The notes beneath the pieces are model-generated. The model had not been told where the DNA came from. It searched no databases and saw only the letters and a program-made list of their open reading frames with translations. This document shows, in pieces, positions 9,036 to 17,809 of a stretch of 64,000 nucleotides of DNA. Each line of letters starts with the position of its first letter. Positions within the stretch are counted from its first letter, which is position 1. This stretch comes from Planctomycetota bacterium (GTDB lineage: Bacteria > Planctomycetota > UBA8108 > SXIK01): the NCBI GenBank assembly GCA_965223265.1, contig OZ244999.1:480001-544000 (forward strand), in the 5' to 3' direction. A program made the translations under genes and the position numbers.

Positions 9036-10689
9036 CCTATGGTCCGACTGTTGTCAACGGGGGAGCTTTCTTTTCTTGATTGTCTTCAATCCGACGTGGG
9101 GCAGTTGGGTTGCCTGGGGGTCCGGGGGGCGGCGGGTAGAGCGCCCCCGGGCTCTGTGCAGCCCGGAAGGTACCGCACGCGGGAGAGATCATTTTCGTAG
9201 TAGTGCTGTGTTGTCTTTGGGCTGGCGGTAAAGAAGCCAAGTGTTCGGTTCGCTCTGAGCGCCGGGGCGGCAAAGCGCCTCGCGGCCAACTCCTATGCGT
9301 GTCCGCTCTCTGGCGGATCACCTGATACTGCGTTCGCATCGCGGCAGGCGAACCGACAAGGACGGTTCCTTCTGAGAAGCACGGCGGCTTGGAAAGCCAG
9401 CCCAGCCTCTGCTCGAACGCGTCCTACAGTCGGCCAAGAATCCGAGTCAGCCCTGCAGGTCCCTCCGTTTGAGTTGGGTTGGTGTGTTGAGCCTGTTGCT
9501 GGTCATCGAATTAGGAACTGAGCCGTGCCAACGGAGGTGGTACGTCAGTGCTGAGGAATCGCCAGAGCGAAATGAGCAGCTTTCTGGCTAAGGCGACGAT
9601 TCCCGCCTTGCGCGAGCGCTTGGTGCCTGGCCCATAGCGCTGGCAGAACCATTGAGATAGCTGGCTCTGTGGCTGAAAGCGCAGCCAGTTCCAGGCAGCC
9701 TGAACCATGAGTGTGCGTACACGCCCGTTGCCAGCTTTGCTGATTCCTTGCTCGCGTTTGATGTTGTCACTGCGCCAGGGAACGCTCACCATTCCTGCCA
9801 GGGCTCCGATTTCACGGCGATTGTTGAACTTACGCCAGAAGAACTCGTAGTAGAGCGTTGCGGCAGTGTACATGCCGATGCCGCGCAGGCTGTTGAGCTT
9901 GCCGACTTTCTTGCAGGCCTCCGGCGAGTTGGTGAGCGTTTCGAGAGTCTCGGCCTCAATCTCAGCGATTTGCTCTTCGACAAGCTGCAGCCGAGCGTGC
10001 TCGCGTAGCATGCCTGCCTTGGCATGCGGGGGGATCGCAGATCCATCGGGGCCGCGTAACGTGTCGATGATTTCAGGCAGCTTCTTGAGGCGGGCGCGGA
10101 TGCCGAACTTGATCAACATGTCCTTGAGGCGATTGATGTGCCGAGTGCGATCCTTGACAAGGCGCTGACGCTCTCTTGGCAGGCGGCGCTCGTCCTCGAT
10201 CTGCACGCTCGGCACGTTGACAACGCGCAGTGGGCTGCGCGACGAGCCGTGGTGACGGATCAAAAGATCGAGCATCTTCTCTCCGTCGAGGCGATCGGTC
10301 TTTTGACGCTTGGCGCGCTGATCGACCTCGCAGCTAGCCGGGTCAATGACGGCGTTGTGGATCCCACTGTCTACGAGCCAACGGTGCAGCCAGAATCCAT
10401 CGCGGCCAGCTTCGTAGCAGCTCACCACCTCAGCTTGCGGCGAAAGGCGCAAGCGCGCCTTGGCTTTCGAGAGCTCTTCCTGAAACTCCGCAAGGTTTCC
10501 CGCCTCGACCGTCCTGCAGCGCGGCCGGCTCCCCGCAACACCGCTGACGAGCTTCCACGTTGTGTTGCCAACGTCAATTGCCACGTGAAGAACTTCGCTC
10601 ATGTCGGTAAGCTGTCCCTGGGTCGTTCTTGTTGCCATCTCTTCACTCCTAAAAAAGACTATGGTACACGAGGACGGCCCATAGTTTCT
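9036..10689 (-). mobile_element. IS110-family element, copy 2, short allele (1654 bp)
   Basis: Same ends as copy 1; lacks the 89-bp duplication; synonymous SNPs at 9532, 10216 and 10381. Confidence 0.95.
9511..10638 (-). CDS. IS110-family transposase, copy 2
   Basis: Protein identical to copy 1 (375 aa). Confidence 0.97.
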   Translation of the reverse strand: MATRTTQGQLTDMSEVLHVAIDVGNTTWKLVSGVAGSRPRCRTVEAGNLAEFQEELSKAKARLRLSPQAEVVSCYEAGRDGFWLHRWLVDSGIHNAVIDPASCEVDQRAKRQKTDRLDGEKMLDLLIRHHGSSRSPLRVVNVPSVQIEDERRLPRERQRLVKDRTRHINRLKDMLIKFGIRARLKKLPEIIDTLRGPDGSAIPPHAKAGMLREHARLQLVEEQIAEIEAETLETLTNSPEACKKVGKLNSLRGIGMYTAATLYYEFFWRKFNNRREIGALAGMVSVPWRSDNIKREQGISKAGNGRVRTLMVQAAWNWLRFQPQSQLSQWFCQRYGPGTKRSRKAGIVALARKLLISLWRFLSTDVPPPLARLSS

Positions 10690-10743
10690 GAGGCGGAGGC
10701 AGAGGCAGAGGCAGAGGCAGAGGCGGAGGCAGAGGCAGAGGCA
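10690..10743 (+). repeat. Microsatellite spacer, 9 x GAGGCR
   Basis: Counted directly. Confidence 0.97.
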
Positions 10744-12486
10744 CCTATGGTCCGACTGTTGTCAACGGGGGAGCTTTCTTTTCTTGATTGTCTTCAATCC
10801 GACGTGGGGCAGTTGGGTTGCCTGGGGGTCCGGGGGGCGGCGGGTAGAGCGCCCCCGGGCTCTGTGCAGCCCGGAAGGTACCGCACGCGGGAGAGATCAT
10901 TCTGGGTTGCCTGGGGGTCCGGGGGGCGGCGGGTAGAGCGCCCCCGGGCTCTGTGCAGCCCGGAAGGTACCGCACGCGGGAGAGATCATTTTCGTAGTAG
11001 TGCTGTGTTGTCTTTGGGCTGGCGGTAAAGAAGCCAAGTGTTCGGTTCGCTCTGAGCGCCGGGGCGGCAAAGCGCCTCGCGGCCAACTCCTATGCGTGTC
11101 CGCTCTCTGGCGGATCACCTGATACTGCGTTCGCATCGCGGCAGGCGAACCGACAAGGACGGTTCCTTCTGAGAAGCACGGCGGCTTGGAAAGCCAGCCC
11201 AGCCTCTGCTCGAACGCGTCCTACAGTCGGCCAAGAATCCGAGTCAGCCCTGCAGGTCCCTCCGTTTGAGTTGGGTTGGTGTGTTGAGCCTGTTGCTGGT
11301 CATCGAATTAGGAACTGAGCCGTGCCAAGGGAGGTGGTACGTCAGTGCTGAGGAATCGCCAGAGCGAAATGAGCAGCTTTCTGGCTAAGGCGACGATTCC
11401 CGCCTTGCGCGAGCGCTTGGTGCCTGGCCCATAGCGCTGGCAGAACCATTGAGATAGCTGGCTCTGTGGCTGAAAGCGCAGCCAGTTCCAGGCAGCCTGA
11501 ACCATGAGTGTGCGTACACGCCCGTTGCCAGCTTTGCTGATTCCTTGCTCGCGTTTGATGTTGTCACTGCGCCAGGGAACGCTCACCATTCCTGCCAGGG
11601 CTCCGATTTCACGGCGATTGTTGAACTTACGCCAGAAGAACTCGTAGTAGAGCGTTGCGGCAGTGTACATGCCGATGCCGCGCAGGCTGTTGAGCTTGCC
11701 GACTTTCTTGCAGGCCTCCGGCGAGTTGGTGAGCGTTTCGAGAGTCTCGGCCTCAATCTCAGCGATTTGCTCTTCGACAAGCTGCAGCCGAGCGTGCTCG
11801 CGTAGCATGCCTGCCTTGGCATGCGGGGGGATCGCAGATCCATCGGGGCCGCGTAACGTGTCGATGATTTCAGGCAGCTTCTTGAGGCGGGCGCGGATGC
11901 CGAACTTGATCAACATGTCCTTGAGGCGATTGATGTGCCGAGTGCGATCCTTGACAAGGCGCTGACGCTCTCTTGGCAGGCGGCGCTCGTCCTCGATCTG
12001 CACGCTCGGCACATTGACAACGCGCAGTGGGCTGCGCGACGAGCCGTGGTGACGGATCAAAAGATCGAGCATCTTCTCTCCGTCGAGGCGATCGGTCTTT
12101 TGACGCTTGGCGCGCTGATCGACCTCGCAGCTAGCCGGGTCAATGACGGCGTTGTGGATCCCACTGTCTACGAGCCAGCGGTGCAGCCAGAATCCATCGC
12201 GGCCAGCTTCGTAGCAGCTCACCACCTCAGCTTGCGGCGAAAGGCGCAAGCGCGCCTTGGCTTTCGAGAGCTCTTCCTGAAACTCCGCAAGGTTTCCCGC
12301 CTCGACCGTCCTGCAGCGCGGCCGGCTCCCCGCAACACCGCTGACGAGCTTCCACGTTGTGTTGCCAACGTCAATTGCCACGTGAAGAACTTCGCTCATG
12401 TCGGTAAGCTGTCCCTGGGTCGTTCTTGTTGCCATCTCTTCACTCCTAAAAAAGACTATGGTACACGAGGACGGCCCATAGTTTCT
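10744..12486 (-). mobile_element. IS110-family element, copy 3, long allele (1743 bp)
   Basis: Same ends, duplication and SNP state as copy 1. Confidence 0.95.
11308..12435 (-). CDS. IS110-family transposase, copy 3
   Basis: Identical 375-aa protein. Confidence 0.97.
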   Translation of the reverse strand: MATRTTQGQLTDMSEVLHVAIDVGNTTWKLVSGVAGSRPRCRTVEAGNLAEFQEELSKAKARLRLSPQAEVVSCYEAGRDGFWLHRWLVDSGIHNAVIDPASCEVDQRAKRQKTDRLDGEKMLDLLIRHHGSSRSPLRVVNVPSVQIEDERRLPRERQRLVKDRTRHINRLKDMLIKFGIRARLKKLPEIIDTLRGPDGSAIPPHAKAGMLREHARLQLVEEQIAEIEAETLETLTNSPEACKKVGKLNSLRGIGMYTAATLYYEFFWRKFNNRREIGALAGMVSVPWRSDNIKREQGISKAGNGRVRTLMVQAAWNWLRFQPQSQLSQWFCQRYGPGTKRSRKAGIVALARKLLISLWRFLSTDVPPPLARLSS

Positions 12487-12558
12487 GAGGCAGAGGCAGA
12501 GGCAGAGGCAGAGGCGGAGGCAGAGGCAGAGGCAGAGGCAGAGGCGGAGGCAGAGGCA
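12487..12558 (+). repeat. Microsatellite spacer, 12 x GAGGCR
   Basis: Counted directly. Confidence 0.97.
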
Positions 12559-14212
12559 CCTATGGTCCGACTGTTGTCAACGGGGGAGCTTTCTTTTCTT
12601 GATTGTCTTCAATCCGACGTGGGGCAGTTGGGTTGCCTGGGGGTCCGGGGGGCGGCGGGTAGAGCGCCCCCGGGCTCTGTGCAGCCCGGAAGGTACCGCA
12701 CGCGGGAGAGATCATTTTCGTAGTAGTGCTGTGTTGTCTTTGGGCTGGCGGTAAAGAAGCCAAGTGTTCGGTTCGCTCTGAGCGCCGGGGCGGCAAAGCG
12801 CCTCGCGGCCAACTCCTATGCGTGTCCGCTCTCTGGCGGATCACCTGATACTGCGTTCGCATCGCGGCAGGCGAACCGACAAGGACGGTTCCTTCTGAGA
12901 AGCACGGCGGCTTGGAAAGCCAGCCCAGCCTCTGCTCGAACGCGTCCTACAGTCGGCCAAGAATCCGAGTCAGCCCTGCAGGTCCCTCCGTTTGAGTTGG
13001 GTTGGTGTGTTGAGCCTGTTGCTGGTCATCGAATTAGGAACTGAGCCGTGCCAAGGGAGGTGGTACGTCAGTGCTGAGGAATCGCCAGAGCGAAATGAGC
13101 AGCTTTCTGGCTAAGGCGACGATTCCCGCCTTGCGCGAGCGCTTGGTGCCTGGCCCATAGCGCTGGCAGAACCATTGAGATAGCTGGCTCTGTGGCTGAA
13201 AGCGCAGCCAGTTCCAGGCAGCCTGAACCATGAGTGTGCGTACACGCCCGTTGCCAGCTTTGCTGATTCCTTGCTCGCGTTTGATGTTGTCACTGCGCCA
13301 GGGAACGCTCACCATTCCTGCCAGGGCTCCGATTTCACGGCGATTGTTGAACTTACGCCAGAAGAACTCGTAGTAGAGCGTTGCGGCAGTGTACATGCCG
13401 ATGCCGCGCAGGCTGTTGAGCTTGCCGACTTTCTTGCAGGCCTCCGGCGAGTTGGTGAGCGTTTCGAGAGTCTCGGCCTCAATCTCAGCGATTTGCTCTT
13501 CGACAAGCTGCAGCCGAGCGTGCTCGCGTAGCATGCCTGCCTTGGCATGCGGGGGGATCGCAGATCCATCGGGGCCGCGTAACGTGTCGATGATTTCAGG
13601 CAGCTTCTTGAGGCGGGCGCGGATGCCGAACTTGATCAACATGTCCTTGAGGCGATTGATGTGCCGAGTGCGATCCTTGACAAGGCGCTGACGCTCTCTT
13701 GGCAGGCGGCGCTCGTCCTCGATCTGCACGCTCGGCACGTTGACAACGCGCAGTGGGCTGCGCGACGAGCCGTGGTGACGGATCAAAAGATCGAGCATCT
13801 TCTCTCCGTCGAGGCGATCGGTCTTTTGACGCTTGGCGCGCTGATCGACCTCGCAGCTAGCCGGGTCAATGACGGCGTTGTGGATCCCACTGTCTACGAG
13901 CCAACGGTGCAGCCAGAATCCATCGCGGCCAGCTTCGTAGCAGCTCACCACCTCAGCTTGCGGCGAAAGGCGCAAGCGCGCCTTGGCTTTCGAGAGCTCT
14001 TCCTGAAACTCCGCAAGGTTTCCCGCCTCGACCGTCCTGCAGCGCGGCCGGCTCCCCGCAACACCGCTGACGAGCTTCCACGTTGTGTTGCCAACGTCAA
14101 TTGCCACGTGAAGAACTTCGCTCATGTCGGTAAGCTGTCCCTGGGTCGTTCTTGTTGCCATCTCTTCACTCCTAAAAAAGACTATGGTACACGAGGACGG
14201 CCCATAGTTTCT
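12559..14212 (-). mobile_element. IS110-family element, copy 4, short allele (1654 bp)
   Basis: Same ends; no duplication; shares the SNPs at 13739 and 13904 with copy 2. Confidence 0.95.
13034..14161 (-). CDS. IS110-family transposase, copy 4
   Basis: Identical 375-aa protein. Confidence 0.97.
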   Translation of the reverse strand: MATRTTQGQLTDMSEVLHVAIDVGNTTWKLVSGVAGSRPRCRTVEAGNLAEFQEELSKAKARLRLSPQAEVVSCYEAGRDGFWLHRWLVDSGIHNAVIDPASCEVDQRAKRQKTDRLDGEKMLDLLIRHHGSSRSPLRVVNVPSVQIEDERRLPRERQRLVKDRTRHINRLKDMLIKFGIRARLKKLPEIIDTLRGPDGSAIPPHAKAGMLREHARLQLVEEQIAEIEAETLETLTNSPEACKKVGKLNSLRGIGMYTAATLYYEFFWRKFNNRREIGALAGMVSVPWRSDNIKREQGISKAGNGRVRTLMVQAAWNWLRFQPQSQLSQWFCQRYGPGTKRSRKAGIVALARKLLISLWRFLSTDVPPPLARLSS

Positions 14213-14266
14213 GAGGCGGAGGCAGAGGCAGAGGCAGAGGCAGAGGCGGAGGCAGAGGCAGAGGCA
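14213..14266 (+). repeat. Microsatellite spacer, 9 x GAGGCR (identical to 10690-10743)
   Basis: Counted directly. Confidence 0.97.
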
Positions 14267-16009
14267 CCTATGGTCCGACTGTTGTCAACGGGGGAGCTTT
14301 CTTTTCTTGATTGTCTTCAATCCGACGTGGGGCAGTTGGGTTGCCTGGGGGTCCGGGGGGCGGCGGGTAGAGCGCCCCCGGGCTCTGTGCAGCCCGGAAG
14401 GTACCGCACGCGGGAGAGATCATTCTGGGTTGCCTGGGGGTCCGGGGGGCGGCGGGTAGAGCGCCCCCGGGCTCTGTGCAGCCCGGAAGGTACCGCACGC
14501 GGGAGAGATCATTTTCGTAGTAGTGCTGTGTTGTCTTTGGGCTGGCGGTAAAGAAGCCAAGTGTTCGGTTCGCTCTGAGCGCCGGGGCGGCAAAGCGCCT
14601 CGCGGCCAACTCCTATGCGTGTCCGCTCTCTGGCGGATCACCTGATACTGCGTTCGCATCGCGGCAGGCGAACCGACAAGGACGGTTCCTTCTGAGAAGC
14701 ACGGCGGCTTGGAAAGCCAGCCCAGCCTCTGCTCGAACGCGTCCTACAGTCGGCCAAGAATCCGAGTCAGCCCTGCAGGTCCCTCCGTTTGAGTTGGGTT
14801 GGTGTGTTGAGCCTGTTGCTGGTCATCGAATTAGGAACTGAGCCGTGCCAAGGGAGGTGGTACGTCAGTGCTGAGGAATCGCCAGAGCGAAATGAGCAGC
14901 TTTCTGGCTAAGGCGACGATTCCCGCCTTGCGCGAGCGCTTGGTGCCTGGCCCATAGCGCTGGCAGAACCATTGAGATAGCTGGCTCTGTGGCTGAAAGC
15001 GCAGCCAGTTCCAGGCAGCCTGAACCATGAGTGTGCGTACACGCCCGTTGCCAGCTTTGCTGATTCCTTGCTCGCGTTTGATGTTGTCACTGCGCCAGGG
15101 AACGCTCACCATTCCTGCCAGGGCTCCGATTTCACGGCGATTGTTGAACTTACGCCAGAAGAACTCGTAGTAGAGCGTTGCGGCAGTGTACATGCCGATG
15201 CCGCGCAGGCTGTTGAGCTTGCCGACTTTCTTGCAGGCCTCCGGCGAGTTGGTGAGCGTTTCGAGAGTCTCGGCCTCAATCTCAGCGATTTGCTCTTCGA
15301 CAAGCTGCAGCCGAGCGTGCTCGCGTAGCATGCCTGCCTTGGCATGCGGGGGGATCGCAGATCCATCGGGGCCGCGTAACGTGTCGATGATTTCAGGCAG
15401 CTTCTTGAGGCGGGCGCGGATGCCGAACTTGATCAACATGTCCTTGAGGCGATTGATGTGCCGAGTGCGATCCTTGACAAGGCGCTGACGCTCTCTTGGC
15501 AGGCGGCGCTCGTCCTCGATCTGCACGCTCGGCACATTGACAACGCGCAGTGGGCTGCGCGACGAGCCGTGGTGACGGATCAAAAGATCGAGCATCTTCT
15601 CTCCGTCGAGGCGATCGGTCTTTTGACGCTTGGCGCGCTGATCGACCTCGCAGCTAGCCGGGTCAATGACGGCGTTGTGGATCCCACTGTCTACGAGCCA
15701 GCGGTGCAGCCAGAATCCATCGCGGCCAGCTTCGTAGCAGCTCACCACCTCAGCTTGCGGCGAAAGGCGCAAGCGCGCCTTGGCTTTCGAGAGCTCTTCC
15801 TGAAACTCCGCAAGGTTTCCCGCCTCGACCGTCCTGCAGCGCGGCCGGCTCCCCGCAACACCGCTGACGAGCTTCCACGTTGTGTTGCCAACGTCAATTG
15901 CCACGTGAAGAACTTCGCTCATGTCGGTAAGCTGTCCCTGGGTCGTTCTTGTTGCCATCTCTTCACTCCTAAAAAAGACTATGGTACACGAGGACGGCCC
16001 ATAGTTTCT
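14267..16009 (-). mobile_element. IS110-family element, copy 5, long allele (1743 bp)
   Basis: Same ends and duplication as copies 1 and 3. Confidence 0.95.
14831..15958 (-). CDS. IS110-family transposase, copy 5
   Basis: Identical 375-aa protein from ATG 15958; the ORF-track extension to 16438 is spurious. Confidence 0.95.
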   Translation of the reverse strand: MATRTTQGQLTDMSEVLHVAIDVGNTTWKLVSGVAGSRPRCRTVEAGNLAEFQEELSKAKARLRLSPQAEVVSCYEAGRDGFWLHRWLVDSGIHNAVIDPASCEVDQRAKRQKTDRLDGEKMLDLLIRHHGSSRSPLRVVNVPSVQIEDERRLPRERQRLVKDRTRHINRLKDMLIKFGIRARLKKLPEIIDTLRGPDGSAIPPHAKAGMLREHARLQLVEEQIAEIEAETLETLTNSPEACKKVGKLNSLRGIGMYTAATLYYEFFWRKFNNRREIGALAGMVSVPWRSDNIKREQGISKAGNGRVRTLMVQAAWNWLRFQPQSQLSQWFCQRYGPGTKRSRKAGIVALARKLLISLWRFLSTDVPPPLARLSS

Positions 16010-16075
16010 GAGGCAGAGGCGGAGGCAGAGGCAGAGGCAGAGGCAGAAACAGCGGCAGAGGCAGAAAAGAGGCGG
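16010..16075 (+). repeat. Microsatellite, rightmost tract (GAGGCR degenerating to GAAACA/GCGGCA)
   Basis: Read directly. Confidence 0.93.
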
Positions 16076-16091
16076 GTTGTTAGGGCGTGCG

Positions 16092-16217
16092 CGCGGCGGC
16101 GGCATTGTCGATGGTAACCGAAGCACAGCCGGCCTCAAGGGTGCCCTCGCTGCGCTCGGCGCTTCGCGCGCTTGACCCCGTCTGTGCTTCGGTTGGCGGC
16201 AGTGAAACGCCGCCGCG
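16092..16217 (+). other. Long nested inverted repeat / hairpin upstream of the four-helix-bundle gene
   Basis: CGCGGCGGCG (16092-16101) pairs with CGCCGCCGCG (16208-16217); AACCGAAGCACAG (16116-16128) pairs with CTGTGCTTCGGTT (16182-16194); inner TCAAG/CTTGA. Confidence 0.8.
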
Positions 16218-16264
16218 TCGGGCGTGCGGCGAGAGTTCACGGGGCCGTTGACCGGAGTCTTCTC

Positions 16265-16588
16265 ATGAGCTTTCTCGCTTTGGATCACTCTGTTGGCATC
16301 GTTCGTCAGCTGCGTCCGCTTGTAGCGTCTGTGCGTCGTCACGACTCGAGGCTCGCTGCGCAGCTGCGCGACGCAGGCTCTTCGGTGGCGCTCAACCTCG
16401 GCGAGGGCAATCGGCGTCAGGGTCGTGACCGCGGACACCTTTGGCGCATTGCTTCAGGCAGCGCTGAAGAGGTTCGCACGGCGCTGCGTGTTGCCGAAGC
16501 GTGGGGCTACGTCGATGCAGCGGAGACAACTGCGGTGCTTGCGGACATCGATCGGCTGCAGGCAATGCTCTGGAAACTGACGCGCTGA
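16265..16588 (+). CDS. Four helix bundle protein (23S rRNA IVP / TIGR02436-like)
   Basis: LAAQLRDAGSSVALNLGEG...IASGSAEEVRTALRVAEAWGY matches the family QL.RA..S...N.AEG...A.GS..E pattern; GGAG RBS at 16254. Confidence 0.88.
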   Translation: MSFLALDHSVGIVRQLRPLVASVRRHDSRLAAQLRDAGSSVALNLGEGNRRQGRDRGHLWRIASGSAEEVRTALRVAEAWGYVDAAETTAVLADIDRLQAMLWKLTR

Positions 16589-16601
16589 CGCAGAAACCTT
16601 G

Positions 16602-16633
16602 GCCCGCCGTGCAGTACTTCGCGCGGCGGGTTT
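16602..16633 (+). terminator. Probable intrinsic terminator
   Basis: CCCGCCGTGC/GCGCGGCGGG stem followed by TTT, just after the stop codon. Confidence 0.55.
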
Positions 16634-16644
16634 GACGACGAGGG

Positions 16645-16885
16645 AGAGGCGGAGACAGAACCAGATACAGAGTCAGAAACAGAGGCGGAGACAGAATACA
16701 GAACCAGATACAGAGTCAGAAGCAGAAACAGAAACGGATACAGAAACGGATACGGAGGCAGAAGCGATTACCGGCACGCCCACGCCCACGCCCACGCCCA
16801 CGCCCACGCCCACGCCCACGCCCACGCACTCACAAACGCCCACGCACTCACAAACGCCCACGCAAACGCCCTCGCCCTCGCCCAC
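16645..16885 (+). repeat. Degenerate GAnnCR hexamer tract followed by a (CACGCC)n microsatellite
   Basis: GAGACA/GAACCA/GATACA/GAAACA units at 16645-16766; CACGCC units at 16775-16885. Confidence 0.9.
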
Positions 16886-16954
16886 CGAGCTAGGCTGGGC
16901 TCGCGACGCGGCGGCCGAGTCACGACTCGATGTGCGGAACAAACGACTCGAGCT

Positions 16955-17572
16955 TCACCCGGCCGACCCCTCCGACGCACCGTCGGCGATGTCGGGCTCC
17001 TTGACTCCGATGGCTGAAAACGTGAAGAACTCGAGGTGCGTCGGGGCGCGCCAGGCGTCCGGCTGTAGGCCCATCTTTTGCCGGCAGCATTCCCCTAAGA
17101 GCGTCGGTACGTCCCACTGTTGCTCGACCGCTACTTCGGGCAGAAAGCAGCCGCGCTTGTTGGCCCTGCGGTCGACGATGTAGATCCCCTCGCTCCCGCG
17201 TCGAAGGTGCAGGGGGTCATCGATTGCTGTCAGGCTTGAAAGAATCCGCACCGAGAGGACGAGATTGTCGAGCTCCTCCGCCGTCACGGGGTTGCGCTGA
17301 AAGCGGGAGTCGCGCGTCGCTGAACCAGCCATCTCGAAGATCGTTGCGCCCAGCGGTTCGGAACTCTCGAACGTTCCGACGCATCCGCGGAGTTCCCCGC
17401 GTCGATTCCTCAAGGTCACGAAACATCCGCGCCGCTGCGCTAGCACCCCGCCGGACGCGAGAGGGCGCGCTTGAGGCACCGCCGCGACGAAAGCAGCGCG
17501 AAGACCTGCCCGCGCGCACTCGAGGACCTCGCGCTTCGCTGCGGGTGAAAGCTCGGTTCTTTCTTGGGTCAT
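16955..17572 (-). CDS. amrA: AmmeMemoRadiSam system protein A (AMMECR1 domain)
   Basis: GCFVTL, LRGCVG, RDSRF, GCFLPEVAVEQQW. Confidence 0.9.
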   Translation of the reverse strand: MTQERTELSPAAKREVLECARAGLRAAFVAAVPQARPLASGGVLAQRRGCFVTLRNRRGELRGCVGTFESSEPLGATIFEMAGSATRDSRFQRNPVTAEELDNLVLSVRILSSLTAIDDPLHLRRGSEGIYIVDRRANKRGCFLPEVAVEQQWDVPTLLGECCRQKMGLQPDAWRAPTHLEFFTFSAIGVKEPDIADGASEGSAG

Positions 17573-17809
17573 CCGGTGCCGTCGACTCTTGAGCCGAGAT
17601 TCGAGTCAGTTTGACGCGTTGGTTGCTGCTTGCTTCTTCACTGGGCGTCGACGAGAATGCTCCGCCACCGATCTTGCCGGGCGATTCATCGGCTGAGGGC
17701 GAACGTCTAAGACCTTCGCATGATCATTTTCTCTGTCGCGCGGCGCAAGGGAAATCGACGTCGACTTGCGCGAACATCTCAACTTGTAAGGGACTCTGCC
17801 GCAACGCTG

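Noticed and set aside
7133-16075. CRISPR array or protein-coding (EA)n/(AS)n repeats
   Set aside because: The 'spacers' are whole IS elements and no cas genes are present. The EAEAEA/ASASAS ORFs arise because the hexamer has no stop codons and lie antisense to the transposase or helicase.
14831-16438. 535-aa extended transposase fusion
   Set aside because: The extension crosses the IS end, the microsatellite and the antisense strand of the four-helix gene; the true start with RBS is 15958, as in the other copies.
16265-16588. Diversity-generating retroelement or 23S rRNA intervening sequence
   Set aside because: No reverse transcriptase, TR/VR pair or rRNA gene in the window.
16599-17183. 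ORF with ET/PT repeats
   Set aside because: Translation of microsatellites; starts inside a terminator-like hairpin and overlaps amrA antisense.
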